Origin: Ignavibacteriales bacterium
Lineage (GTDB): Bacteria > Bacteroidota > Ignavibacteria > UBA10030 > SZUA-254
NCBI GenBank assembly: GCA_016218025.1
Contig: JACRFD010000077.1
Span: 797-64,796, forward strand
DNA length: 64,000 bases
Direction of reading: 5' to 3'
Shown here in pieces: positions 21,691 to 31,334 of the stretch. The notes below the pieces were generated by a model, which ran no database searches, was not told the origin of the DNA, and saw only the letters and a list, made by a program, of their open reading frames with translations. Every line of letters begins with the position of its first letter. Within the stretch, counting starts at the first letter, position 1. The position numbers were made by a program, and so were the translations under genes.

Positions 21691-22895
21691 GACGGACTCT
21701 TTTCTAACTTTAGATTCAGACTCATCGATTTTTTATCGCGAATAACCTTAATCTTCAACACATCACCTTCTTTTGAATTTTGTACGATACCGATTATATC
21801 GTCGTCCTTCATTATTTTTTCATTGTTCACTTCAACTATAATATCACCCGGTTTAAAACCGCCATCTTCAGCAGGACTTCTCCGTTTAACGTCGGTAACA
21901 ATCACACCTTCTGCTTTCGCTAAATCAAAATAACGAGCAACGCGTGCGTCAACTGTTTGAATCTCCAATCCCGTCCAGAAGTTGCGTTGAACTTTTCCGC
22001 TGCGCTTCAGCTCGGCAACTATACTTTTTACACGATTAATCGGGATGGCAAATCCCAAGCCGATATTTCCTTGATTCGGCGTATAAATCACCGCATTAAC
22101 ACCGATCACTTCTCCGTCAGAATTTAAAAGCGGTCCCCCACTGTTTCCTTGATTGATTGCCGCATCGGTTTGAATCATGCCGCGATAAATACGTCCGCCT
22201 TCAGCATTGAGATTCATTCCCGTCTGGCTAACAACTCCTACTGTTACAGTCGGTTTATCCGCGATCTCAAAAAGACCGAACGGATTACCCATCGCGATAA
22301 CCCACTCACCGATAATGACATCATCGGAATTACCGAGTTTGATATAAGGAAAATCTTTCCCGTCAATCTTTAATAATGAAATATCCGACACTAAATCTGT
22401 TCCAACAAGATGGGCTTCATATTTCTCTTTATTGGTCATCGTGACAGTGATTTTAGAAGCGTTGCCCGCCACGTGATCGTTTGTTAAGATATATCCATCT
22501 GGAGAAATAAGAAATCCGGATCCAAGTCCTTTAACTTCTTGTTTATAAGTTCGATCTCCGAAATACTGCCGGAAAAACGGATCATCACCAAACATACGCG
22601 ACCACGGATTTTGATATGTGTATTCACGAACTTCAGTAACGTTAATTCCAACAACAGCAGGGCTTGCAACGGCAACTGATCTGGTTATTGCATTTTGTCT
22701 ATGATCTGATATTTGATCACCGGACTGGTTGCCATTTTCAGATTGTTGATAACCGGCAGTGCTGACATTCGCGTTAAATATATCTTCATCGCCATTCGAT
22801 TTACCGGCTGAACTGTGCCCAACGCCGTAACCAAGTCCGAATCCTACGAATAACGGCAACAACAAAACAAGTAGAACGATAATAATTTTTTTCAT
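21687..22895 (-). CDS. HtrA/DegP-family periplasmic serine protease (S1C) with PDZ domain
   Basis: Catalytic contexts are TNDHV (His), DISLLKI (Asp) and GNSGGPLLN (Ser), with a C-terminal PDZ domain. The ATG at 22895 (MKKIIIVLLVLL...) is preferred over the TTG at 22910 used in the ORF track. Confidence 0.9.
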   Translation of the reverse strand: MKKIIIVLLVLLLPLFVGFGLGYGVGHSSAGKSNGDEDIFNANVSTAGYQQSENGNQSGDQISDHRQNAITRSVAVASPAVVGINVTEVREYTYQNPWSRMFGDDPFFRQYFGDRTYKQEVKGLGSGFLISPDGYILTNDHVAGNASKITVTMTNKEKYEAHLVGTDLVSDISLLKIDGKDFPYIKLGNSDDVIIGEWVIAMGNPFGLFEIADKPTVTVGVVSQTGMNLNAEGGRIYRGMIQTDAAINQGNSGGPLLNSDGEVIGVNAVIYTPNQGNIGLGFAIPINRVKSIVAELKRSGKVQRNFWTGLEIQTVDARVARYFDLAKAEGVIVTDVKRRSPAEDGGFKPGDIIVEVNNEKIMKDDDIIGIVQNSKEGDVLKIKVIRDKKSMSLNLKLEKSPS

Positions 22896-22912
22896 ATCTA
22901 TTACCTTCAAAT

Positions 22913-23869
22913 TTATTTTTTTCTGCTTATTACTTTCCTAACAGCTTTCACTATTGCATCTTTGTCAATTCCATATTTTTTCATCAATTCAGTACCGACA
23001 CCCGATTCACCGAAAGTATCGTTGATCGCAACAAATTCCTGTGGCACCGGATAATATTGAGCAAGAATTTCTGCTACTGCCCCGCCAAGACCGCCATGCT
23101 TTTGATGATCTTCGGCAGTAACAATTGCACCGGTTTCTTTCGCGGATTTTACGATTGCCTCAACATCGATTGGTTTAATAGTGTGCATATTTATTACACG
23201 AACACTGATGCCCTCGTTAGATAAAATTTCTTCTGCAAGTATCGCTTCCCAAACCTGTAATCCGCAGGCGATGATTGTTATATCTTTTCCATCAATCAGA
23301 GTATCGGCTTTGCCGAATTGAAAAGCGTCCTCGGAATTTGTAAACACAGGTGAGTTATCTCTGAAGTACCGCATGTATAACGGCTGCTTCAGATTTAAAG
23401 ATGCCTTAATCATTTTTTTTGTTTGATTATAATCGCAAGGAGATGCAACAACCATATGGGGAAGCGCACGCATGATAGCCATATCTTCTAATGATTGGTG
23501 TGTGGCTCCATCGGGACCGACTGTAATACCACAATGCGACGCACAAATTTTTACCGGCAACTCGCTATATGCAAGCGATTGTCGTATCTGGTCAAAAGGT
23601 CTGCCTGAAGCGAACTCGCCGTATGCTGAAACAAATGGTATCTTCCCAGCAATAGCAAGTCCGGCTGCAACACCGATCATATCCTGCTCTGAAATTCCGA
23701 TATTGAAGAAACGATCAGGGAAAGCTTTTTTAAACAGATCAGTTTTCACTGAGCCGGTAACATCTGCACCCAACGCGACCACGTTTGGATTTTCATTTCC
23801 CAATTCGACCAACGCCTCACCGAAACCGAGCCGAGTTGCTTTGTTATCTGTTATTTTATATTTATTCAT
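22913..23869 (-). CDS. Transketolase, C-terminal (pyrimidine-binding) subunit
   Basis: FGEALVELG, FNIGISEQDMIGVAAGLA, GPDGATHQSLEDMA. This is the second half of a split transketolase. Confidence 0.9.
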   Translation of the reverse strand: MNKYKITDNKATRLGFGEALVELGNENPNVVALGADVTGSVKTDLFKKAFPDRFFNIGISEQDMIGVAAGLAIAGKIPFVSAYGEFASGRPFDQIRQSLAYSELPVKICASHCGITVGPDGATHQSLEDMAIMRALPHMVVASPCDYNQTKKMIKASLNLKQPLYMRYFRDNSPVFTNSEDAFQFGKADTLIDGKDITIIACGLQVWEAILAEEILSNEGISVRVINMHTIKPIDVEAIVKSAKETGAIVTAEDHQKHGGLGGAVAEILAQYYPVPQEFVAINDTFGESGVGTELMKKYGIDKDAIVKAVRKVISRKK

Positions 23870-24016
23870 AGATATTAAATTAAAAATTTAAAATTAAAAA
23901 ATATTTGTTACCATCTTATTTGCGATAGTGCGAAAACTTACAAGCACTATTTAATCGATCCACCATTCCACCTTATACATTACTCCATTAATCCATTATC
24001 GCATCAATCCAACAAA

Positions 24017-24892
24017 TTATTTTTCCCAATCAAATTCTATAAAATCATTAAACTTAGTCTTTGGCAATTCGCTTAGAGCTTTTTTGCCTTGCTCATCATT
24101 CGGTGGAACACCATGCCATTTATAATCATCTTCCATAAATGAGACTCCCTTCCCCATTTTCGTATTTGCGATGACTACACTTGGTTTACCTTTAAACGAC
24201 TGAACTTGTTTCAAAGTTGCTCTAAATTTTTCAATATCATTCCCGTCGCATTCAACAACATTCCAATTAAATGCCTTCCATTTATCTGCGAGGGGATTAA
24301 GTCCTTTCACATCATCCGTTTTGCCATCTATCTGACAATTATTTCTATCAACAATCGCGATGAGGTTATCAACTTTATGATGACCGGCTGTCATCGCCGA
24401 TTCCCAAACCTGTCCTTCATTAAGTTCTCCATCACCGAGGAACACATAAACTCTCCGCTCACTTTTATCAAGTCTTAATCCAAGGGCACAACCAACCGCA
24501 ACCGATAATCCTTGCCCCAAAGAGCCTGAAGCAAGTTCAACACCCGGGATGCCGTGTGTATGTCCCGGAGCGGGATGACCTTGTAGGCGGCTGTTAATTT
24601 TTCTGAGAGTTGATAATTCAGTAAGCGGTATATATCCTTTCCGTGCGAGGGAAGCATACCAGATCGGACAATAATGTCCGGCAGATAGAAAGAAAAAATC
24701 TCTTTCTTTCCATGTAGGATTTTTCGCATCTATTTTGAGAATGTTAAAATAGAGTGCTGAAAAAATATCTGCCGCGCCGAGGGGACCTCCTGAATGTCCC
24801 GAATTAGATATCATTAACATTTTTATTACATCGCGCCGCAACTGACGGGCAATTTCAGGGAGTTCCTGAATCGATAATTGATCAACATTCAT
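24017..24892 (-). CDS. Transketolase, N-terminal (thiamine-diphosphate-binding) subunit
   Basis: SGHSGGPLGAADI, LSAGHYCP, GSLGQGLSVAVG, and GDGELNEGQVWE (the TPP-binding GDG...N motif). Confidence 0.9.
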   Translation of the reverse strand: MNVDQLSIQELPEIARQLRRDVIKMLMISNSGHSGGPLGAADIFSALYFNILKIDAKNPTWKERDFFFLSAGHYCPIWYASLARKGYIPLTELSTLRKINSRLQGHPAPGHTHGIPGVELASGSLGQGLSVAVGCALGLRLDKSERRVYVFLGDGELNEGQVWESAMTAGHHKVDNLIAIVDRNNCQIDGKTDDVKGLNPLADKWKAFNWNVVECDGNDIEKFRATLKQVQSFKGKPSVVIANTKMGKGVSFMEDDYKWHGVPPNDEQGKKALSELPKTKFNDFIEFDWEK

Positions 24893-24897
24893 TATTA

Positions 24898-25512
24898 TTA
24901 TTGACTCACTTTCAAAAAATATTCTTTTAATGGATTTACATGTTTCAAAATTATTAATACGGTTATAATGGATCCTATATAAATCATATTAGTTTTAGCA
25001 AGACCGGGTATTAAAATAGAGCTCATTAAAAATTCAGGCATTACCCAAAGTATCAGAAGACAAATCATTGTGCTCAATACCGTTGAGACATGAACATTCT
25101 TAATAAAATAATTAAGAATAAAGTATGCGATCAACCAGTTTGCAACAAAACTCCAGCAAAGCAAAAGCATCATACCTGCTGTAGTTGCGAGTCCTCTCCC
25201 GCCCTTGAACTTCAACCAGGGTGAATAATTATGACCTAAAATTGAGCCGATGCCTGCGGTTGCACCTGTAACCGGTCCTTCTCCAATAACGAAGGCTCCA
25301 ATCAATGTTGCTGCAATTCCTTTGATCAAATCCACAATTAAGACAACAACGCCAATCCATTTAGAGCCGGTTACCTCATATGCATTTCTGGCGCCAACAT
25401 TCCCGCTTCCTTCCTGCCTGATATCCAATTTAGATTCACGTTTAACAGCAATATAAGCTGTAGGAAGCGACCCAACGAGGAAACCTATAATTAAGGAAGT
25501 TATGTAAGTCAA
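24898..25512 (-). CDS. plsY: Glycerol-3-phosphate acyltransferase PlsY
   Basis: Multi-pass membrane protein with GSGNVGARNA and KGGRGLAT motifs. Confidence 0.9.
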   Translation of the reverse strand: MTYITSLIIGFLVGSLPTAYIAVKRESKLDIRQEGSGNVGARNAYEVTGSKWIGVVVLIVDLIKGIAATLIGAFVIGEGPVTGATAGIGSILGHNYSPWLKFKGGRGLATTAGMMLLLCWSFVANWLIAYFILNYFIKNVHVSTVLSTMICLLILWVMPEFLMSSILIPGLAKTNMIYIGSIITVLIILKHVNPLKEYFLKVSQ

Positions 25513-25583
25513 AGGATTTGCTATTAAATATCAATTACGTTGCTTAAAAATAATAAAAAAGCAGGGAACTTACAAAGTTTGGG

Positions 25584-25615
25584 TTTGCATCTGCTGCTAA
25601 AAAGAAGTATATTTT
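25584..25615 (+). promoter_or_regulatory. Putative Bacteroidetes-type promoter (-33 TTTG / -7 TAtaTTTt) for larB
   Basis: TTTG at 25584-25587 and tatatttt at 25608-25615, 20 nt apart. The site lies inside a motif shared with the ptsN-like upstream region. Confidence 0.35.
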
Positions 25616-25653
25616 CCGACAGACATTTCAAACAATATAGTTCCATCTGTACA

Positions 25654-26403
25654 ATGACTAAAGAAGAACTTAAGGAAGTAATTCAAAAATTCAAATGCGG
25701 TGATTTAACCGAGAAGCAATTGATAGACATGTTAACATCATTGCGGTTTGAATCGCTTGGATATGCGATGGTTGATCATCACCGACAACTCAGACAGGGC
25801 TTTCCGGAAGTTATTTTATGCGAGGGAAAAACACCAGAGCAGGTTGCTGATATTGCTTCACGGATATTTAGTCGAAAACAACCTTTGCTTGCAACACGCG
25901 CAAATGTAGATCACTTCAAGATGGTAAAGAAAAAAATTAAGTCCGCACATTACCACCAGTTCGCCAGAGTCATTACAGCAAATGAACCTAAACGCAATAA
26001 TGGTAAAACAAATGTTTTAATTATCAGCGCCGGAACATCGGATATACCGGTAGCGGAAGAAGCCGCTCTCACTGCATCTATGTTCGGTAATAAAGTAGAA
26101 AAATTATACGATGTTGGTGTTGCCGGAATTCATCGATTGTTATCTCACACGGATAAACTTTTGAACGCATCTGTAATTGTAGTTGTTGCAGGCATGGAAG
26201 GCGCTTTACCAAGCGTTGTTGGCGGGCTTGTCGATGTACCGGTTATTGCAGTGCCGACATCTATAGGTTACGGTGCAAGCTTTAAAGGGGTCGCCGCTCT
26301 TCTGGCAATGCTGAATTCATGTGCAAGCGGTATTACAGTTGTGAACATTGACAATGGATTTGGAGCCGGTTTCGCAGCAAGTTTGATGAATAAAAATCGA
26401 TAA
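25654..26403 (+). CDS. larB: Nickel-pincer cofactor biosynthesis protein LarB (AIR-carboxylase-like)
   Basis: VLIISAGTSDIPVAEEA, VGVAGIHRL, VVAGMEGALPSVVGGL, PVIAVPTS.GYG. The ATG at 25654 (MTKEELKEV...) is preferred to the TTG at 25540 used in the ORF track. Confidence 0.8.
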   Translation: MTKEELKEVIQKFKCGDLTEKQLIDMLTSLRFESLGYAMVDHHRQLRQGFPEVILCEGKTPEQVADIASRIFSRKQPLLATRANVDHFKMVKKKIKSAHYHQFARVITANEPKRNNGKTNVLIISAGTSDIPVAEEAALTASMFGNKVEKLYDVGVAGIHRLLSHTDKLLNASVIVVVAGMEGALPSVVGGLVDVPVIAVPTSIGYGASFKGVAALLAMLNSCASGITVVNIDNGFGAGFAASLMNKNR

Positions 26404-26451
26404 ATAGTCACGAGACATTATAAGTATTATTTTTTTGAGTTGATTGAAAAA

Positions 26452-26481
26452 ATTGAACTTGTTGCTAAAAAAATATATTTT
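26452..26481 (+). promoter_or_regulatory. Putative Bacteroidetes-type promoter for the ptsN-like gene
   Basis: aTTG at 26452-26455 and tatatttt at 26474-26481. The site shares tgctaaaaa..tatattttccg.aca with the larB upstream region. Confidence 0.35.
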
Positions 26482-26594
26482 CCGTACATTAATACTGAAT
26501 TAATAAACCTTTTCTTACGATAATCATACAGGCGAAGAGATTTGCTGCTATTTAGACTCATTAAAACTGCCTATCTACGGAGTAGAACCAAAGC

Positions 26595-27065
26595 ATGAAA
26601 ATTAGCGATATCCTCGAGGAAAAACTGGTAATTAACAACCTGCAGGGAAGCACAAAAGAAGACATTATTAATGGTTTAGTTGAAATTGTAGGGCAATCTC
26701 CGAAGGTTCTTGACAAAGAAAAAGTTCGAACAGCTATATTCGATAGAGAAAAAATAATGTCAACCGGCGTTGGAAATGGTTTCGCAATCCCCCACGGCAA
26801 GACAGATGCAGTAGCCGATATCGTTGCCGCATTTGGAATTACGGCTGAGCCAATCCCATATCAATCGCTCGACGAAAAACCTGTTCGTTTGGTTTTCATG
26901 CTGGTTGGCAAAGACAATTTAGTTGGTCCGCACATTAAGCTTTTAAGCAGAATATCACGCTTGATGAATAAAGAAGAGTTCCGCAACAAACTTTTAGAAA
27001 CTAAAAGCTCGCAAGAAATTATTGCGACGTTTAAACAAGAGGAAGCTAATTATTCGGAGATGTAA
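26595..27065 (+). CDS. PTS EIIA type-2 domain protein (PtsN / EIIA-Ntr-like)
   Basis: Phosphorylatable His in GVGNGFAIPHGKTD; ~155 aa single-domain architecture. Confidence 0.8.
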   Translation: MKISDILEEKLVINNLQGSTKEDIINGLVEIVGQSPKVLDKEKVRTAIFDREKIMSTGVGNGFAIPHGKTDAVADIVAAFGITAEPIPYQSLDEKPVRLVFMLVGKDNLVGPHIKLLSRISRLMNKEEFRNKLLETKSSQEIIATFKQEEANYSEM

Positions 27066-27134
27066 TTTTTCCGATAGATTCCGCATCTTCCTTTCCCGGC
27101 GGTTCCATCCGTATCGGTTTATTTGGAGTAACAT

Positions 27135-28397
27135 TTGAAATTCAAGTCAGTTAAAGGCACAAAGGATATACTTCCTGAAGATATTTTCAAGTGGCATTTT
27201 GTGGAGCAAAAAATTCGCTCCATTATGCACACATTTAATTACCGCGAAATCAGAACTCCTGTTTTTGAAGAGACAGCTTTATTCTCAAGAGGAATTGGAG
27301 AACTCACAGACATTGTGGGCAAAGAAATGTACACATTTCCGGATCGCAGCGGAACATCGCTGACATTAAAACCGGAAATGACTGCGGCAGTTATGCGGGC
27401 TTATCTTCAAAATAATTTAGGTGAACAACAACCCTTAACAAAAGTGTATTATATATCTCCGATGTTTCGACAGGAAAGACCGCAAGCCGGACGGCTTCGC
27501 CAATTTCATCAGTTCGGTGCTGAATCTATAGGATCATCTAATCCGACAAGTGATGCAGAAATTATATCTTTATCAAATCAGATATACAAATCATTCGAGA
27601 TCAGAAATTTTAAGACAAGCATAAATTCGGTGGGCTGTGAAAAATGTCGGCCTCAATATAAAGAAATTTTGAAAAACCATTTAATGGGATTTGCACAAAA
27701 ACTTTCGGAGGAAAGTCAAAAGCGTTTAGAACAAAATCCTTTACGGATTTTGGATTCTAAAAATGAAACCGACAGAGAACTTACAAAGAATGCCCCGCTT
27801 GTTAAGGATCATCTCTGCGAAGAATGTGCCAATCACTTTTCTGAAGTTCAACAGATTCTCAACAAACTCAATGTCCCTTACTCAATCGACGGGAGAATTG
27901 TACGCGGTCTCGATTATTACACAAAAACCGCATACGAAATCGTAAGTTCGGATCTCGGCTCGCAGGATGCACTTGCAGGTGGCGGCAGGTATGATTTATT
28001 AGTAGAACAGATCGGCGGAAAAATTACACCATCGGTCGGTTTTGCAGCCGGAATTGAAAGGTTGTTAATGACGCTGGAAAAAGGAAATGTTTTTAGCGGT
28101 AATGATATTTCGCCCGATGTTTTTATTGCCGCGGCAGATGATCTGGGTAAAATCTGGGCTATTGAAACAGCAATGAAATTACGCAATGTGGGAATTCCTT
28201 CTGAAATTGATTTTCTCAATCGGAGTTTAAAAGCTCAGATGCGTGAAGCAGATAGGCAAAAAGCTCGATTCGTGATTGTTGCAGGTGCAACAGAGATTGA
28301 GAAACAAAGTTTTACAATTAAAAATATGCAAACCGGCGTGCAAATGGATGTTCCTTCATCAGAAATCTTGAATCATTTCCAAAATGAAACAAGGTAA
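27135..28397 (+). CDS. hisS: Histidine--tRNA ligase
   Basis: GTKDILPE, class II motifs (YYISPMFRQERPQAGRLRQFHQFG, GGGRYD, GFAAGIERL), and a C-terminal anticodon-binding domain. Confidence 0.95.
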   Translation: MKFKSVKGTKDILPEDIFKWHFVEQKIRSIMHTFNYREIRTPVFEETALFSRGIGELTDIVGKEMYTFPDRSGTSLTLKPEMTAAVMRAYLQNNLGEQQPLTKVYYISPMFRQERPQAGRLRQFHQFGAESIGSSNPTSDAEIISLSNQIYKSFEIRNFKTSINSVGCEKCRPQYKEILKNHLMGFAQKLSEESQKRLEQNPLRILDSKNETDRELTKNAPLVKDHLCEECANHFSEVQQILNKLNVPYSIDGRIVRGLDYYTKTAYEIVSSDLGSQDALAGGGRYDLLVEQIGGKITPSVGFAAGIERLLMTLEKGNVFSGNDISPDVFIAAADDLGKIWAIETAMKLRNVGIPSEIDFLNRSLKAQMREADRQKARFVIVAGATEIEKQSFTIKNMQTGVQMDVPSSEILNHFQNETR

Positions 28398-28794
28398 ACG
28401 GATTAAACCGGTTTTTCCGATCGAGTACCGTTTACTCGTTACGCCCTTATTGAAAGAACGCGAACGAAAAACTGTTACACTTTTTGCAATGAGAACCGTA
28501 AATGAGTTCTGCAATTTCCATTATGAAATCAGTCTCGACTCGGTTGTGGAAGAGAGAACTATTCGTCTCACAATACGTGGATTGAAAGCCCCGCAGGTGT
28601 CGATACCTGACACGGGACCGGCGATTAAAAAAATTGAGTTCGATAATCTTCATGGTGAGTACAAAGTGTTTATCTCCAAGCACGGAAAAGAAGAAAATAT
28701 ATTTTCAATCGACGTTTCAGAGAAAAAAATTAAAATTATAAAAAGTCCGAAAAAAAAATTCATTGAAATAGTAACCGAATCCGATTCATGGTAA
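28384..28794 (+). CDS. Hypothetical protein
   Basis: 136-aa ORF overlapping the hisS end by 14 nt. I recognised no motif. Confidence 0.4.
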   Translation: MKQGKRIKPVFPIEYRLLVTPLLKERERKTVTLFAMRTVNEFCNFHYEISLDSVVEERTIRLTIRGLKAPQVSIPDTGPAIKKIEFDNLHGEYKVFISKHGKEENIFSIDVSEKKIKIIKSPKKKFIEIVTESDSW

Positions 28795-28887
28795 TAGGTT
28801 ACCTGCTTACTGAGCAAATCCGGCAGCATACATTATATCTGCCATAATTATTTTTAGACATTACTTCAATTTACAATAACATTCAAA

Positions 28888-29715
28888 ATGTATCCTGAAC
28901 TTTTTAAGATCGGTCCGTTCACAGTCCATAGCTTCGGATTAATGATGGCAATCGGCTTTATTGTTGCCAGTTACCTGCTGACAAAGGAATTAAAGCGATT
29001 AGGCTACGACCCAAATCTCGGCAGTACAATAACTCTACTTGCTGTTATTTTCGGCGTAGCAGGATCAAAAATATTATTCCTCATCGAAGACTGGAACCAT
29101 TTCATACAAAACCCAATAGGTGAAGCATTTTCACCCGGTGGTCTTACATGGTACGGAGGATTTTTCCTTGCAACTTTTGCAATCTGGATTTATGTGAAAA
29201 AGAAAAAAATCCCGTTTGCAACTATTTGTGATGCTGCGGCTCCGGCACTTATGATAGGTTATGGAATTGCCCGCATCGGGTGTCATCTTTCAGGTGATGG
29301 CGATTATGGATTCCCCACTTCACTTCCATGGGGCGCGGAATATTCAAACGGAACATATCCTCCCTCAATCGCTTTTCGCGAATTTCCTGAAATTGTGAGG
29401 CAATACGGGGTTGACGGTATCGTTTCCAACAGTATTCGCGTTCACCCCACACCGGTTTATGAATTTATTTCTTCATTATTTTTGTTCTTTATTTTGTGGA
29501 AGCTCCGTTTTAAAAAATTTAAACCCGGTTTAATATTTATGATTTATTTGATCTTTTACGGATTAGAAAGATTTTTTGTAGAATTCTTGCGTCTGAATCC
29601 GAGAATATTATTGGGGCTATCAGAAGCACAACTAATTTCAATATTCTTAATTATCATCGGCATATCTGGCATTTCGATATTATCGAAAAACAAACATGCT
29701 GCAACCAGAAACTAA
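28888..29715 (+). CDS. lgt: Prolipoprotein diacylglyceryl transferase
   Basis: FTVHSFGLMMAIGF, GGLTWYGG, ARIGCHLSGDG, HPTPVYE. Confidence 0.9.
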   Translation: MYPELFKIGPFTVHSFGLMMAIGFIVASYLLTKELKRLGYDPNLGSTITLLAVIFGVAGSKILFLIEDWNHFIQNPIGEAFSPGGLTWYGGFFLATFAIWIYVKKKKIPFATICDAAAPALMIGYGIARIGCHLSGDGDYGFPTSLPWGAEYSNGTYPPSIAFREFPEIVRQYGVDGIVSNSIRVHPTPVYEFISSLFLFFILWKLRFKKFKPGLIFMIYLIFYGLERFFVEFLRLNPRILLGLSEAQLISIFLIIIGISGISILSKNKHAATRN

Positions 29716-29741
29716 TATAGATTAAAGAGTTAAAAAACAAT

Positions 29742-30815
29742 ATGGATTACGAAAAACACCAACCAGCCCATTCAGGACACAATCCTCAGAAGCCGGCACG
29801 CCATAAAAACAGACGCGTACGTACCAACCAACAAGCTCCAGCTCCGCGTCTGGACCAGCTTATCTATCATGATAAAAATGAACATAAAAGCCACCGCCAC
29901 CATCGGCATGACCATTCCGATAAGCAAGACCGTCCTTCTCCGCTAAGAGTAGTTCACGATAGAAAACCAACGGCAGATATCATTGCCGGAAGACAACCTG
30001 TTTTAGAAGCATTGCGCAGCGGCAGATTGATAGAGAAAATAGTGATACTTGGAGGTGTTAAAGGATCGGCAATTGAGAACATCAGACAGATGGCAAAAAA
30101 GAACCGTGTTCCTTTTATTGAAGTGGGAAAAATGAAATTCCGCGATCTCGTCAGCGACACAACCACACAAGGTGTTGTGGCAATAGTCGGAACCAAAACT
30201 TATGTTGAAGTAGACGATATATTACAAAAGGCACAGGGACGAAAAGAACAACCTTTTGTTTTGATTTTAGATGAGATAGAAGACCCTCAAAACCTTGGAG
30301 CTTTAATACGAACCGCTGAATGCGCCGGAGTTCACGGTGTGGTTATTCCAAAACATCATGCAGCGTCGATCAACCAGACGGTGTCAAAAACATCTGCAGG
30401 TGCAAGCGAACATGTGCTTGCAACAAAAGTTACAAATATAGCTACAACTTTGGATGAGTTGAAAGAAAAAGGAATTTGGGTTGTCGGGACAGACTCCGAT
30501 GCAGAGAAACTTTACACAGACATCGACTATCAAGGACCGATCGCATTGGTGATAGGCAACGAGGGAAAAGGCGTCAGGCAGCTTGTTAAAGAAAAATGCG
30601 ATTTTATTGTTAAGATCCCTCTCCTTGGTAAGATCCAATCACTGAATGCATCTGTTGCGGGTGGATTAATGATGTATGAAGTAGTGAGGCAACGCCGTTC
30701 CAACGCACCGAATCCTTACCACGAGCCGACGGAGAAATTGGAAAAAGTAAATAATGAGTCAATCGAAAACGAAATGGAAATATCGGGGGAAGAAGAAGAT
30801 AATTTTAATAAATAA
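29742..30815 (+). CDS. rlmB: 23S rRNA (guanosine-2'-O)-methyltransferase RlmB (SpoU/TrmH family) with basic His-rich N-terminal extension
   Basis: SpoU substrate-binding region GRQPVLEAL...; SPOUT motifs are LDEIEDPQNLGALIRTAE, LVIGNEGKGV, IP..G...SLNASVA. About 85 N-terminal residues are low-complexity (HKSHRHHRHDHSDK). Confidence 0.85.
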   Translation: MDYEKHQPAHSGHNPQKPARHKNRRVRTNQQAPAPRLDQLIYHDKNEHKSHRHHRHDHSDKQDRPSPLRVVHDRKPTADIIAGRQPVLEALRSGRLIEKIVILGGVKGSAIENIRQMAKKNRVPFIEVGKMKFRDLVSDTTTQGVVAIVGTKTYVEVDDILQKAQGRKEQPFVLILDEIEDPQNLGALIRTAECAGVHGVVIPKHHAASINQTVSKTSAGASEHVLATKVTNIATTLDELKEKGIWVVGTDSDAEKLYTDIDYQGPIALVIGNEGKGVRQLVKEKCDFIVKIPLLGKIQSLNASVAGGLMMYEVVRQRRSNAPNPYHEPTEKLEKVNNESIENEMEISGEEEDNFNK

Positions 30816-30819
30816 ACTA

Positions 30820-30862
30820 AAAATCTCAGGTTTATCTTAGATAAATCTGAGATTTTATATTT
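30820..30862 (+). terminator. Intrinsic terminator after rlmB
   Basis: Near-perfect hairpin aaaatctcag-g-tttatc-tta-gataaa-t-ctgagatttt (30820-30856), followed by atatttt. Confidence 0.7.
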
Positions 30863-31334
30863 TAGTCGGTCAACACAACAAAAGCAAAATCATACCGCTT
30901 CGTTATGAAGTCGCGCAAACATGAAGCTTATGTGACGCCATTATTATTAAAATTTTTGCAACTACCCCTTGATTTAATCACAGAACTATATTTAATTTAG
31001 TTTCCCTCGTCACACAATAACAGAGTCGTAATTCGAAAACTAATTATTGAAATAATCCTAATCTTTCCAATTTTTCTAACCACATAAATACGAAACTACT
31101 TGTCTACTTAGCTCCCTATTTCTACAGTTCACATTTCATTTTTTTGCAAGAATCTTAGTATGAACTTCGATCAACTTTCCCTTCATCACTCAGACTTGTT
31201 CTTTGATTTCCACCGATTTTTTTCGTACAATTATTTCATATAAATAATAAAATGGATAAGCCGATCTGAAATCATCATCGGATCACACCGTTCTAAATCC
31301 CTTAATATTATATGAAAGTGAGGTTTTTTCATAA

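Noticed and set aside
21263-21933. ORFs 21263..21631 and 21487..21933 antisense to purB and the HtrA-like gene
   Set aside because: Shadow ORFs. Both host genes are strongly supported.
23472-23891. 139-aa ORF antisense to the transketolase C-terminal subunit gene
   Set aside because: Shadow ORF inside a conserved gene.
22913-24892. Transketolase split into two genes separated by 147 nt
   Set aside because: Split N- and C-terminal transketolase subunits are a well-known arrangement in many bacteria and archaea. This is not a pseudogene.
25540-25653. N-terminal 38 codons of the track ORF for larB, and similar 5' extensions at 41230, 48965, 51929, 54594 and 36831
   Set aside because: The extensions start at TTG/GTG or overlap neighbouring genes. 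They precede an internal ATG that yields the canonical N-terminus or signal peptide.
30863-31334. ~470-nt AT-rich gap upstream of the aminotransferase gene, examined for small genes or RNA structure
   Set aside because: It contains only 27-32-codon ORFs without translation signals and one weak hairpin (ccgat...atcgg at ~31263-31285). Nothing there is supportable.
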